A program made the position numbers and the translations under genes. Below are positions 19,210 through 29,556 of a stretch of 64,000 nucleotides of DNA, in pieces. The DNA comes from Candidatus Methanomethylophilaceae archaeon (lineage in GTDB: Archaea > Thermoplasmatota > Thermoplasmata > Methanomassiliicoccales > Methanomethylophilaceae), in assembly GCA_050944155.1 (NCBI GenBank), contig JBMNQN010000001.1, positions 64,001 through 128,000 on the forward strand. The letters run 5' to 3'. Numbering within the stretch: the stretch's first letter is position 1; each line of letters starts with the position of its first letter. Under the pieces are notes generated by a model. It was not told the origin of the DNA. It was given only the letters and a program-made list of their open reading frames with translations, and did no database searches.

Positions 19210-20340
19210 ATGGCAGAGGATTTTACGGTTACGCCCTGGGAAGTGACGGGGGATATTGATTACGATTTGCTCCAGAAGCGTTTCGGAACCGTTCCCATAG
19301 ACGATTCGTTGCTTTCCCGCATTTCCGGATACGGCGGAATACATCCGATGCTCAGACGCGGAATATTCTATTCCCACAGGGATCTTAAAACCGTTTTGGA
19401 CGAGTACGACAAGGGAAACAAATTCGTACTGTATACGGGGAGAGGTCCCTCCGGAAATACACATCTGGGTCATATCATGCCCTGGATTTTCAACAAGTGG
19501 GTCCAGGATGTTTTCGGATGCGAAATGCTGTTTCAGATCACGGACGACGAAAAGTTCCTTTTCAAGGATATGACCCTCGAAGACACCAAGAGAATGGCTT
19601 ACGAAAACGCTTTGGATTTCGCCGCTCTGGGTTTCGATCCGGAGAAGACGAAAATTCTCCTGGATACGGAAAACATACGGACGCTGTATCCAATCGCTCT
19701 CAAGGTATCGAAAAAGACCACTTTCTCCACGGCCAAAGCCGTTTTCGGATTCGATAATTCCACCAACATAGGTTCGATATTTTTCACTTCGATTCAGGCC
19801 GCGCCCGCCTTCCTTCCCACGGAAATGGCGGGAAAACCGGTGCCCTGTCTCATTCCCTGCGGAATAGACCAGGACCCTCACTTCAGGGTTGCCAGGGATG
19901 CGGCTCCGGGACTGGGATATCCGAAACCCGCCATGATTTACTGCAAAATGTTCCCCGGACTGAGCGGCGGAGGAAAGATGTCCTCTTCCGACGAAAATTC
20001 CACGATATACACTACCGACGATGCGAAAACCGTGAAAAAGAAAATCGGGAGAGCGTTCACCGGAGGCTGCGTTTCCGTGGAAGAGCAGAGACAGAAAGGG
20101 GGAAATCCCGAAGTCTGCGCGGTTTTCGATTACTTTTATTTCATGTTCGAGGAAGACGATTCGAAACTCAACGAACTGGCCGAAAGATGCAGATCCGGAG
20201 GGATACTGTGCGGCGAATGCAAGGCCAGACTCACGTCGAAAATCAACGTATTTCTTGCGGACCATCAGGCCAAGCGCGAGAAAGCCGCTGATGCGGTGGA
20301 AAAGATGGCCTGCGGCTTCGAATGGAAGAGGAACGATTGA
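19210..20340 (+). CDS. trpS: Tryptophan--tRNA ligase
   Basis: YTGRGPS, HLGH (HIGH), GIDQDPHFR, KMSSS, LCGECK. Confidence 0.97.
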   Translation: MAEDFTVTPWEVTGDIDYDLLQKRFGTVPIDDSLLSRISGYGGIHPMLRRGIFYSHRDLKTVLDEYDKGNKFVLYTGRGPSGNTHLGHIMPWIFNKWVQDVFGCEMLFQITDDEKFLFKDMTLEDTKRMAYENALDFAALGFDPEKTKILLDTENIRTLYPIALKVSKKTTFSTAKAVFGFDNSTNIGSIFFTSIQAAPAFLPTEMAGKPVPCLIPCGIDQDPHFRVARDAAPGLGYPKPAMIYCKMFPGLSGGGKMSSSDENSTIYTTDDAKTVKKKIGRAFTGGCVSVEEQRQKGGNPEVCAVFDYFYFMFEEDDSKLNELAERCRSGGILCGECKARLTSKINVFLADHQAKREKAADAVEKMACGFEWKRND

Positions 20341-21837
20341 ATGGATATCAGCTACAACGAAACAAAACTGCTTCTGGCACTTAACAAAAACGGTAAGAGA
20401 ATTTCACCCGAGGAATTGATTTCGGAAGGAATTTTCTCGCTGGAAGTGGAGGTGATGGGTGCCGCTTCATGGCTGGAATCCAAGGGATTGGCTTCGGTCG
20501 AAGAAGAAACCGAAGTGTATTACGAACTTGCCGACCGTTCCGCGGTCGAAGACGGTCTCCCCGAGAGGAAAGCAATCGAAGCTATTGCCGCCGCGGGGGG
20601 CAGAATGGATATGTCCGACCTTGCCGAAGCCGTTCCGGGGGAGGACAGAATCGCCGTGGGATGGCTTAAAAGAAAAGGTCTCGCCGACATATCCTCCGAG
20701 AACGGAAAAAAAGTTCTGGCACTTACCGAAAAAGGACTTTCCTCGACAGGAAAGAAAATGCCGATAGAGGAATTTCTGGAAAAGATGGCCTCCTCTCCCG
20801 TTAAGAGTTCGGACGCTCCTTCCGAATTCATAAAAGAGCTGAAGGGAAGAGGCGGAATAATCAAAGAATCCCCGTCTGTCCGCAGAACCGTATCCATAAC
20901 CGAAGAGGGAAAACGCATTGCGTCTTCCGGACTGGAACTCAAAAAGGAGATAACGGACATAACAGACCGCATAATCCAGAGCGGAGAATGGCGCGACGCG
21001 GAGTTCCGGAGATACGACGTAAAGACGTTTGCTCCCTCCGTGTACCCGGCGAAAAGGAGTCCGATAACGAGGCTGAGCGATCAGATCGGCAGAATGCTTC
21101 TGGATATGGGCTTCACGGAAATGTCGTCCGAATACGTCCAGCCCTCTTTCTGGAATATGGACGTTCTTTTCACCCCTCAGGACCATCCCGCGAGAGATCT
21201 TCAGGATACTTTCTACCTCGAGCACCCCGCTTCCATCAAAGAGGAAAACGAAGAATTGGTGGAAAAAATCAAAAATCTCCATGAAAACGGAGGAGATGCC
21301 GGTTCGACGGGATGGGGCGGAAAATGGTCCAGAGAATTTTCGGAATCCGCCATACTGAGGACGCACAGCACGGTCAGCAGCATCCGCTACATAGCCGAAC
21401 ATCCCGATGCTCCCTGTAAGGCATTTTCGATATCCAGGATATTCAGGAAAGAATCCGTGGATTCCACCCATCTTCCCGAGTTTACTCAGATTGAAGGCAT
21501 AGTCATAGACGAAAACGGAAACTTCGACATGCTCATCTCCCTGATCCGCGAATTCTATTCGAGGATGGGATTCGATCAGATTAGGATAAGACCCGCTTAC
21601 TTCCCGTACACGGAACCTTCCCTGGAACTCGAAGTGTTCTTCAACGGAAAATGGATGGAACTCGGCGGGGCGGGCATATTCAGACCGGAGGTCGTGGAGC
21701 CCTTCGGAGTGAAGTATCCAGTTCTCGCATGGGGCTTCGGATTCGAAAGACTGGCTATGCTGAAATGGAACATAAGCGACATCAGAGACCTTTACATATC
21801 CGATATCGACGTTCTCAAAGAAAGCAGAGTCTTATAA
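20341..21837 (+). CDS. pheS: Phenylalanine--tRNA ligase alpha subunit
   Basis: PQDHPARDLQDTF, FRKESVDSTHLPEFTQ, YFPYTEPS, GIFRPE. Confidence 0.97.
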   Translation: MDISYNETKLLLALNKNGKRISPEELISEGIFSLEVEVMGAASWLESKGLASVEEETEVYYELADRSAVEDGLPERKAIEAIAAAGGRMDMSDLAEAVPGEDRIAVGWLKRKGLADISSENGKKVLALTEKGLSSTGKKMPIEEFLEKMASSPVKSSDAPSEFIKELKGRGGIIKESPSVRRTVSITEEGKRIASSGLELKKEITDITDRIIQSGEWRDAEFRRYDVKTFAPSVYPAKRSPITRLSDQIGRMLLDMGFTEMSSEYVQPSFWNMDVLFTPQDHPARDLQDTFYLEHPASIKEENEELVEKIKNLHENGGDAGSTGWGGKWSREFSESAILRTHSTVSSIRYIAEHPDAPCKAFSISRIFRKESVDSTHLPEFTQIEGIVIDENGNFDMLISLIREFYSRMGFDQIRIRPAYFPYTEPSLELEVFFNGKWMELGGAGIFRPEVVEPFGVKYPVLAWGFGFERLAMLKWNISDIRDLYISDIDVLKESRVL

Positions 21838-23052
21838 GTCGAAGACGGCGGGTTTCCCGTTCTTTACCTGTTTGTAAAGGAGCTCTATGGTTTCCCTGCG
21901 GGATTCGTTGCGACTGGATCTCAGAGCCTTTCCGAGACGGCTCATACACTCGTCTTTTTCTCCTCTGGCATATGCTATTCCGGCGCGCATGAGCTGTATT
22001 TCGTCGAAACGGGATACGTCTCCGGATTCGGTGAAACGTGCAACCGCGTCCGAAAGCGCTTTGTCTGCTTTTTCGTATTCTCCGATTGTGTACAGGGCTC
22101 TGCCCATGAGCATGGCGGCTCTGGCGGTTCTCTTTTCCGAGTAGATTTTCTTCGCGTCGGACAGGGCACCCTCCGCGTCTTTTTTGATAAGTTTGATTTC
22201 CGCGCGTATTATTTCGGGTTCGGAAGAACCTAATTTTTCTAGTTCTTTCGCGCACTTTTCCGCATATTCCCAATCGCCGCAGGCTACGGCTATTTCGGAC
22301 TTTATGCTGAGCAGGGCTTCGGCGCTGTCCCCCGTTTCCGGTATTGTTTTGACTATTTCCAAAAGGTCGTCGTTGTGATTTTCCAGAAATTCTTCGGATT
22401 TCCTAATCAGCATCTTTCTGGCTTCGGTCATCCTTCCCGCCGCAGAGAGGTGGTAAAGTCTTTCCTGAATGTCCCCTCCGTTGTCCATCCACCAGTCGGC
22501 GGCGGCGCTGTTCCATCTGCGTACCGACTCTTCGTCAACGGCTTTAAGATAGTTTTTCTTGACTTCCGCGGACAGCGTAACGGTGCCGTCATGGGCGCAC
22601 GGAATCACTCCGGATTCGGTAACCGGCAGGGATTTTTTGTTAACGGGTACTCTTATGGCGCACACGAGTCCCAGTGCTTCCCTGTCGTAATGGGACAGTT
22701 TGTCCCACATGAGCGCCGGGTCGCAGCGTCTCATATCCAATACGGTTTCCACCGGAACTCCCGCTTCTTTGAATTTCTGCTTCAGATGTTCCGCTTCTGT
22801 CTTGCCTTCCGGTTCCAGATAGTAAACTCTGCGTCTGATTCCGGAACCTATAACATGAACCTGATTTTCCTTGACCTTTCCGGTCTGTCTGAGTTTTTTC
22901 AGTTCGAGGGAAGCGTGGGCCCTGGATATTCCGACCGAGGAAGCTATGCCGTCCTGGGTCAGATCGAAAGGAAGATTGTAGACCTCGTCCTCGTCTATCA
23001 TTTTGAATCGGTCGAGGTGAAGAAGAATTCTTTCGCGTATGGTAACGTCCAT
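21832..23052 (-). CDS. Winged-helix plus TPR-like repeat protein (putative regulator)
   Basis: N-terminal LTQDGIASSVGISRAHASLELKKL HTH with RRRVYYL wing; C-terminal helical repeats (MGRALYTIGEYEKA, RAGIAYARGEKDE). Confidence 0.75.
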   Translation of the reverse strand: MDVTIRERILLHLDRFKMIDEDEVYNLPFDLTQDGIASSVGISRAHASLELKKLRQTGKVKENQVHVIGSGIRRRVYYLEPEGKTEAEHLKQKFKEAGVPVETVLDMRRCDPALMWDKLSHYDREALGLVCAIRVPVNKKSLPVTESGVIPCAHDGTVTLSAEVKKNYLKAVDEESVRRWNSAAADWWMDNGGDIQERLYHLSAAGRMTEARKMLIRKSEEFLENHNDDLLEIVKTIPETGDSAEALLSIKSEIAVACGDWEYAEKCAKELEKLGSSEPEIIRAEIKLIKKDAEGALSDAKKIYSEKRTARAAMLMGRALYTIGEYEKADKALSDAVARFTESGDVSRFDEIQLMRAGIAYARGEKDECMSRLGKALRSSRNESRRETIELLYKQVKNGKPAVFDL

Positions 23053-23138
23053 GATGCTTCGTCATAACTTAATGCGTTAATATTTCTTTACTCGCTTCAA
23101 GAAAACTATCTAGTAGGGCGCGATGCACTACCGGTTTT

Positions 23139-23975
23139 ATGGAAAGGCTTCTGATCTGTACAGAATCCGACCCGCCATCGGTCAATATGAGGGATTCTCT
23201 CGAGGAACTCGGAGAGTGGGAACCGATCGGTTCGAAAGACGGAACATCCGTGGTCCGCTGCGGCAGCGATTACATAATGTCTTCCAAGCGCTGGCACGTG
23301 GAATTCGAAGACGTCCTGGAGGTTGCGGGAAGATTCGGAGTGCATCCCGATCTGACAGTTTTCATGTCCCGTCATTCTTCGGAAAGTAAAAAACCCGTGC
23401 TCACCGTGCATCCGATAGGAAACTATCATGGAAACGATTTGGGAGGAAAAGAAAAAACTCTGGTAAAATCCGCGCCCGCGCCCATGAGCGCCGCGCTAAG
23501 AAGCATAAGCGCCCTGAACGACATAGAAAATATGGACGTTTCTTTCGAAGTCACCCATCACGGACCGTGGCTGGACTGTCCCGTATTCTTTATCGAGGTC
23601 GGAAGCGGAGTTCCCCAATGGGGCAATAAACATGCCGCAGAAATTCTGGCACTGGCTCTTATGAATTACAAAGAAGAAAACTATCCCGTTGCCGTGGGTG
23701 TGGGCGGAGGCCATTACGCACCGAGATTCACCGAAGCGGTTCTCGGGCGCAAAGTCGACATAGGCCACATGATTCCCAACTATCAGCTGGACGGAAGGGA
23801 CAGGGAGGACATAGCCAGAATGATGCGCGAAGCCTGTTCCGCATCCGATACGAAAACCATTCTGTTGCACAGAAAATCCATGAAAGGCGTGTGTGCGGCC
23901 GAAATAAAAGAAATAGCGGAATCCGAAGGATTCGAAGTCGCGAGCTCTTCGGATTTCGAAGAACTGGGTCAGTGA
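23139..23975 (+). CDS. dtdA: D-aminoacyl-tRNA deacylase (DTD2)
   Basis: FMSRHSS, LTVHPIGN, EVTHHGP, FIEVGS, GGGHYAPRF. Confidence 0.93.
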   Translation: MERLLICTESDPPSVNMRDSLEELGEWEPIGSKDGTSVVRCGSDYIMSSKRWHVEFEDVLEVAGRFGVHPDLTVFMSRHSSESKKPVLTVHPIGNYHGNDLGGKEKTLVKSAPAPMSAALRSISALNDIENMDVSFEVTHHGPWLDCPVFFIEVGSGVPQWGNKHAAEILALALMNYKEENYPVAVGVGGGHYAPRFTEAVLGRKVDIGHMIPNYQLDGRDREDIARMMREACSASDTKTILLHRKSMKGVCAAEIKEIAESEGFEVASSSDFEELGQ

Positions 23976-24652
23976 GACCTGACGACGGTTCCTTTTATTT
24001 TCTCTCCCAGTATCGCCGATTTCAGATCGTTAAGGTCGCGCCCGTAAACCACGTAGATATCTATGCGGCTTTCTTTCGCAACCTGAACTCCCAGAGGATC
24101 GAAAACTCCGGATCTGGAAGCTCTGTGTCTTCCGTACACCAGTTCTTCGAGTCTGTCGATGGTTATTTCGGAATACCTTTCGGCGTGTCCGTTTGCCCTC
24201 GGGTCGTCGGAATATACCGCATCCACCGAAGTGGCGTTTATTATGCGGTCGGCTTTGACCTCTCTTGCAAGCAGCGCCGTAACTCCGTCCGTGGTGTGTC
24301 CAGGTTCGGTTCCTCCCATGACAACGATTTTTCCTTTTCCGCCTTTTTTCGCGGCCTCTTCAACCGTTAACGGAATATCGGGATAGCACCAATCTCCGAG
24401 AGCAAGACCCAGAAGTCCCGCGTTCATGCGGGTGGCCCCTATGCCGAGCAGATCCATCTGATCTACGGTACCGCCCAGTTCGGCTGCGACGGAGGCGTAA
24501 TATCTTGCGGTTTTGCCCCCTCCGCACACTACATAAATCTGGACCTTGTCCGCAAGGTCTTTCAGCATTCCGGCCAGACGTTTTATGTAAGAGCCGTCGT
24601 CGTCCCCCGGAATAAGGACCGAGCCGCCTATGGAGATTACGATTTTTTCCGT
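23969..24652 (-). CDS. pyrH: Uridylate kinase (start codon appears to be ACG)
   Basis: EKIVISIGGS, VCGGGKTARYY, MGGTEPGHTTD, VDAVYSDDP, GTVV; start position uncertain. Confidence 0.93.
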   Translation of the reverse strand, partial: TEKIVISIGGSVLIPGDDDGSYIKRLAGMLKDLADKVQIYVVCGGGKTARYYASVAAELGGTVDQMDLLGIGATRMNAGLLGLALGDWCYPDIPLTVEEAAKKGGKGKIVVMGGTEPGHTTDGVTALLAREVKADRIINATSVDAVYSDDPRANGHAERYSEITIDRLEELVYGRHRASRSGVFDPLGVQVAKESRIDIYVVYGRDLNDLKSAILGEKIKGTVVRSH

Positions 24653-24711
24653 GATACCACCAATACTTATATTACGGAGGCTGACTTGACATAAAAATAT
24701 TAGGTGCGCAG

Positions 24712-25944
24712 ATGAGCGATTCAGGTATTTCTGAAAGGGCAAGGTACGATTTTAAGAAAGCTATGCAGGAGATTATGCAGTACCGAGGCCGCAACACCGA
24801 ATTGATTTCCGTATATATTCCGGAATCGAAACAGATTTCGGAGGTTATGGCGTATCTCAGGGAAGAACAGTCCCAGGCCTCCAACATAAAATCCAAAACG
24901 ACGATGAAAAACGTCACGAGCGCAATAGACTCCATAGCCGCCCGTCTCAAAACGTACAAAAGTCCCCCGCCTAACGGTCTGGTGATTTTCTGCGGCGAAG
25001 TCCCCAGAGCAGGGGACCAAACCAAAATGGTTCAGTACACCATCGAACCGCTGGAACCCATAACCGCATTCATTTACAGATGCGATTCGTCATTCTTCAC
25101 CGAACCCCTTGAGTCCATGCTTCTGGACAAAACTTCCTACGGACTCATAACCATAGACAGAAGGGAAGCAACTGTGGGAATCGTCAGCGGTTCCAGAATA
25201 ATCGTCATGAAGCACTTCGATTCCCTGGTCCCCAGCAAGCACCACCAGGGAGGTCAGTCTTCCGTCCGTTTCGAAAGGCTTATTGAAATAGCCGCCCACG
25301 AGTTCTACAAAAAAGTCGCAGACTACTGCACCGAAGCCTTCCTGGACAAACCGGAACTCAAAGGAATCATCGTCGGCGGTCCCGGGGCAACAAAGGACTT
25401 TTTCGTCAAGGAAGAGTACCTGCACCACGAACTCAGAAAGAAAATCGTTCAGCCCCTTTTCGATACCGGAAACACTGACGAATCGGGTCTCAGGGAACTC
25501 GTGGAAGCCGCGAAAGACACAATGGAAGGTATCAAGCTCACCGACGAAAAGAAACACATGCAGAGGCTCCTCGGAGAAATCAGAAAAGCCGACGGAGGGC
25601 TTTCCGCATACGGGGAAGACGAAGTCCGCACGGCAGCGGAAATGGGGGCCGTGGACACTCTTCTTCTTTCCGAATCCCTGAACAAAAGACGCATTACTCT
25701 GGAGTGCGGTTCGGGGCACGTAACCAAAGTCACCGTGGACAATGCGGACGAAAAGTTCGAATGTCCCGAATGCGGCTCGGCCGCCCAGGTAACCGAAGAC
25801 AAAGATCTCATTGACGATTTCTTTGAAATCGCCGACGAGTTTTCGACGGATCTTCAGATAATATCTCCGGACTCCGAAGAGGGGGATATGCTTATCAGGG
25901 CGTTCGGAGGAATCGCCGCCGTACTCAGATACAGAATTTCGTGA
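24712..25944 (+). CDS. prf1: Peptide chain release factor aRF1
   Basis: TELISVY, NIKS, YRCDS, GGQS; zinc-ribbon-like CGSGH...CPECG in domain 3. Confidence 0.98.
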   Translation: MSDSGISERARYDFKKAMQEIMQYRGRNTELISVYIPESKQISEVMAYLREEQSQASNIKSKTTMKNVTSAIDSIAARLKTYKSPPPNGLVIFCGEVPRAGDQTKMVQYTIEPLEPITAFIYRCDSSFFTEPLESMLLDKTSYGLITIDRREATVGIVSGSRIIVMKHFDSLVPSKHHQGGQSSVRFERLIEIAAHEFYKKVADYCTEAFLDKPELKGIIVGGPGATKDFFVKEEYLHHELRKKIVQPLFDTGNTDESGLRELVEAAKDTMEGIKLTDEKKHMQRLLGEIRKADGGLSAYGEDEVRTAAEMGAVDTLLLSESLNKRRITLECGSGHVTKVTVDNADEKFECPECGSAAQVTEDKDLIDDFFEIADEFSTDLQIISPDSEEGDMLIRAFGGIAAVLRYRIS

Positions 25945-25954
25945 AGGAATCGAA

Positions 25955-27706
25955 ATGGAAATAACGTCTGTTTTCAGAAAAGAAGTTTCGGATGCGGTCG
26001 CCGGAGTCCTGTCGGAAATGGGATACAGCGGGGATTTCGTCACGGAGGTACCTTCCGTGGGAGACGCGGATCTTGCCGTTCCCTGTTTTGCGTTCGCAAA
26101 AACGATGAAAGCCTCCCCGAAGGACATTGCCCTGAAAATCGCAGAACGCATAAAGCCGTCGGGAACCGTGGGCTCGGTATCCGCGGTGAACGGATACGTT
26201 AATTTTTCGATAAGCACCGACGCACTGATATCCGGGACTCTCGGAGAGATAGTGTCGAAGGGAAAGGATTACGGAAGCTTCCCTCCCAACGGAGTGAGAG
26301 TCAACGTGGAGCACACGTCCACCAATCCGACCGGACCGATTCACGTGGGACGTGCCAGAAACCCGATAATCGGAGATACTCTGGCGAGATGTCTCAAAAT
26401 GTGCGGTTACGACGTGACCACCGAATACTACGTGAACGACGTGGGAAAACAGGTCGTGGTTCTCACATGGGGAGTGGAAAACATTCCGAAAGGTTCCCTG
26501 GACGAGGGAGACAGAGACAAGACGGACCACAAACTCGTCGCATACTACAGGGAAGCCAACAAACGGATGGAAGAGGACCCGAAAGCCGCCGAACAGATTT
26601 CGGAAATGCTGAGGGAGTTCGAAAAAGGAGACAGAAAGGTCATCGATTCCGTCCGCCACACGGCCGAAATCATGATGGAAGGGTTGAAGGAGTCCCTTTC
26701 CGGCATCAACGTCGAGCTGGACAGATACACATGGGAATCCGATTTCATAGCCGACGGTTCCGCGGCTTCGGTGGTGTCGGAACTCAAAAAATCCGAATAT
26801 GCCGGTCAGACCGAAGACGGCGCATGGTTCGTCGATATGGCAGAATTCGGCATCAACGGGAAAAATACCAAATTCACTTTCACAAGGTCGGACGGAACGA
26901 CTCTCTACACGACCAGAGATCTTGCGTACCACCTTAACAAATTCTCCAGGTCCGACAGGGTCATAGACGTTCTTGGCGAGGATCAGAAACTCGGGTCGAA
27001 ACAGTTGCGCATAGCTCTCAAGATGATCGGCTGCGACAGGGAGCCCGAACCCATGTTCTACTCTTTCGTATCCCTGCCCGAAGGCAAAATGTCCACCAGA
27101 AAAGGCGTCGTCGTTTACCTGGACGACCTGATAGACGAGGCGGTGGAACGCGCTTACGGCGAGATAAAGAAAAGGCGCACGGAAGATTCCGAAGACGGTC
27201 CGCAGAATTTACGCGGAATGTCCGAAGAAAAAATGAGGGAAACCGCCCGCATTATCGGAGTCGGCGCCGTAAGATACAACGTGATAAGGGTTCAGCCGGA
27301 AAAACAGTTCACGTTCAAATGGGAGGAGGCCCTGAATTTCGACGGAAACAGCGGGCCGTATCTTCAGTACGTCCACGCCAGGGCTTCGAGCATTCTCCGC
27401 AGAACCGGCGAATTCGAATTCGATACCGATCCGTCCAAACTCACCGACGAATACGAGATAAAGCTGGTGAAGGTTCTTTCCAGGTTCGGCAACGTGATAA
27501 AGGAGGCTGGAGAACAGAAGAGAGTCAACGTTCTTCCCGCCTACGGACACGAAGTCGCCTCCGCGTTCAATCAGTTTTACGTTTCCGTCCCCGTTCTCAA
27601 ATCGGGAGACAGGATGAACGCGCGTCTGACCCTCGTATACTGTACAAAGACGGTTCTTGCGAATGTTCTCGACTGTCTGGGTATGGGTGCTCCGGAGGAA
27701 ATGTGA
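25955..27706 (+). CDS. argS: Arginine--tRNA ligase
   Basis: EHTSTNPTGPIHVGRARN, KMSTRKG, PYLQYVHAR, C-terminal APEEM. Confidence 0.97.
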   Translation: MEITSVFRKEVSDAVAGVLSEMGYSGDFVTEVPSVGDADLAVPCFAFAKTMKASPKDIALKIAERIKPSGTVGSVSAVNGYVNFSISTDALISGTLGEIVSKGKDYGSFPPNGVRVNVEHTSTNPTGPIHVGRARNPIIGDTLARCLKMCGYDVTTEYYVNDVGKQVVVLTWGVENIPKGSLDEGDRDKTDHKLVAYYREANKRMEEDPKAAEQISEMLREFEKGDRKVIDSVRHTAEIMMEGLKESLSGINVELDRYTWESDFIADGSAASVVSELKKSEYAGQTEDGAWFVDMAEFGINGKNTKFTFTRSDGTTLYTTRDLAYHLNKFSRSDRVIDVLGEDQKLGSKQLRIALKMIGCDREPEPMFYSFVSLPEGKMSTRKGVVVYLDDLIDEAVERAYGEIKKRRTEDSEDGPQNLRGMSEEKMRETARIIGVGAVRYNVIRVQPEKQFTFKWEEALNFDGNSGPYLQYVHARASSILRRTGEFEFDTDPSKLTDEYEIKLVKVLSRFGNVIKEAGEQKRVNVLPAYGHEVASAFNQFYVSVPVLKSGDRMNARLTLVYCTKTVLANVLDCLGMGAPEEM

Positions 27707-28203
27707 TGGAAATCAGAAAACTCAAGCTGAAGGATTTGGAAGGAGTACGTAATCTGGAACTCTCCTGTATCAGAGAATATTTTTCGGAAACCATAGAGAA
27801 CAAATGGGAAGACCTTCCCGCCGAGTGGAAAGACAATCTCGGCGCCAGCAGCAAAAATCATTTCAAAGCGTATCTGGACAGCGGACTCAGTTTCGTGGCC
27901 GAGGAAGACGGCGAAATAGTGGGTTTCCTTTTCGCCCAGATGCTGCACCATATAGGCGACGCTGAAAATATGGTCTGGATAGAAAATATGGGCGTACACC
28001 CGTATTTCAGACGGAACGAGATAGCCTACAGAATGCTTATCGCGTGTATAAAAGAAGGCAGAGCCATGGGTGCCGATGTGGCCCACAGCACGATACCCAG
28101 AGATAATGCGCCGTCCATACTGCTCCACAAGAAAGCCGGATTCTTCATGGACCCGAGGCAGGTCGCGTTGATCGACCTCAAGGATCCGAAACTGAAACTC
28201 TGA
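27706..28203 (+). CDS. GNAT family N-acetyltransferase
   Basis: FVAEEDGEIVGF, GVHPYFRRNEIA, NAPSILLHKKAGF; ATG overlaps the argS stop. Confidence 0.88.
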   Translation: MEIRKLKLKDLEGVRNLELSCIREYFSETIENKWEDLPAEWKDNLGASSKNHFKAYLDSGLSFVAEEDGEIVGFLFAQMLHHIGDAENMVWIENMGVHPYFRRNEIAYRMLIACIKEGRAMGADVAHSTIPRDNAPSILLHKKAGFFMDPRQVALIDLKDPKLKL

Positions 28204-28885
28204 ATCTCCCGGCAGTTTCGTCAATGAGTTCCGTTTCTTCCCGGGTGAGACCCGTTTCGTCGAAATCGAACAGTTCTCCGAAACCATCCCGTATATTTTT
28301 CACCATAACATCTCTGGAAACCGAATGACCCAGACACTCGTTTACCGATGTGATTCCGTCATAGTTTCCGTGTTTCACAGGTTTAAGAATTTCTCCAGCA
28401 AGAGGTTCCGGTTCCATTATGAGGGTACCGTGATGGAGCACGAATCCGTCGCGGCGGTACTGTGCGCTTCCGGATATTTTCTTACCTTCCGAGAGTACGT
28501 CGTTGGGCTCTTTGAAAAAAGCATTTACGCCGGTTCTGCGCAGAGCCGAAATCAGGCATCCGCACAATCTTTCGTAAGATTCTGATTTCTTTCCGAAATT
28601 GTCCTCCGCAACCACGGAATAGATAATCTGGGACGTTCCGGTGAACACGGTACTGCCACCGCTTATGCGTCTGACCGCGGAAACGCCGTATTCCTTCAGT
28701 TTCCCGCACCGGACGTCTTCTTCGATGTTTCTGAAACGTCCCAGGGAAACCGCAGGGCGGTTTCTCGAATATACCATGACCGTGCACGGCGCGAGCTTTC
28801 CGGAAACATGCCCGAAAACGGCCGAATCCGCCGCCGCACCCCGCTCCGGATCCACATGACCCAGATCTGTGAATCTGCAGTTCAC
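28178..28885 (-). CDS. lplA: Lipoate-protein ligase A family, catalytic domain only
   Basis: RRISGGSTVF, PNDV, KKISGSAQ, LHHGTL; GTG start overlapping the upstream stop (GTGA). Confidence 0.85.
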   Translation of the reverse strand: MNCRFTDLGHVDPERGAAADSAVFGHVSGKLAPCTVMVYSRNRPAVSLGRFRNIEEDVRCGKLKEYGVSAVRRISGGSTVFTGTSQIIYSVVAEDNFGKKSESYERLCGCLISALRRTGVNAFFKEPNDVLSEGKKISGSAQYRRDGFVLHHGTLIMEPEPLAGEILKPVKHGNYDGITSVNECLGHSVSRDVMVKNIRDGFGELFDFDETGLTREETELIDETAGRFRVSVSDP

Positions 28886-29547
28886 TTGCGTTTGCTCTGG
28901 TATCTTCTTCTTTCGGTGGTGGTCTTGGTGGTTTTCGGAGCCTCTTTCGCGGATCTTCTGTTCCTTTCCTGCTGCTCCATTTCCGTGAACGTCATGGTCT
29001 TTTCCTTCTTGGGAACGTTGCGTCCCCTGACGTAGAACGCGACGGCTATGAGGATGACCACCAGTATTATCGCCACATACGTCGTCCAATCGGACCATAT
29101 CGAGTGGTTTACGTTAATGACGACGTTGGCATAGTTCAGAGAATTTCCGTAAGAATCGGTGACGAACTCCACCTCGGGGGTAAGCGATTCTCCGTGAACC
29201 GTGAGGCTCTTTTCTCCGGAAGAACCGATCATGAATACGAGGGAAGCGACGGTAATTCCTCCGTTCCCCGAAACGGTAATCTCCGTACTGGCTAATTGAT
29301 CTGTGCTGTTCTGGTACGTTACGTAAACCCGTACCTTAGCTTCTTCGGCGTTGTTGTTGATTATCGGTACGTCCAGGTGTCCCTCGGTTCTGTTGTCGAA
29401 TCCGCCGTAGCCTATGTCGGAAGTCAGAATCATAAGGCTGCTGGATGCGGGCGCGGAATCCGCCTCATCCGAATCGATGATTCCCGCAAAAGGCAGAACT
29501 GCCGCTATAACGAGAACCGTTGCAGCCAGGATAATTTTGTTTTTCAT
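28882..29547 (-). CDS. Secreted, membrane-anchored hypothetical protein (Ig/CARDB-like ectodomain)
   Basis: Signal peptide, beta-rich domain, C-terminal TM (YVAIILVVILIAVAFYV) and basic tail. Confidence 0.75.
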   Translation of the reverse strand: MKNKIILAATVLVIAAVLPFAGIIDSDEADSAPASSSLMILTSDIGYGGFDNRTEGHLDVPIINNNAEEAKVRVYVTYQNSTDQLASTEITVSGNGGITVASLVFMIGSSGEKSLTVHGESLTPEVEFVTDSYGNSLNYANVVINVNHSIWSDWTTYVAIILVVILIAVAFYVRGRNVPKKEKTMTFTEMEQQERNRRSAKEAPKTTKTTTERRRYQSKRK

Positions 29548-29556
29548 CGGTAAACC

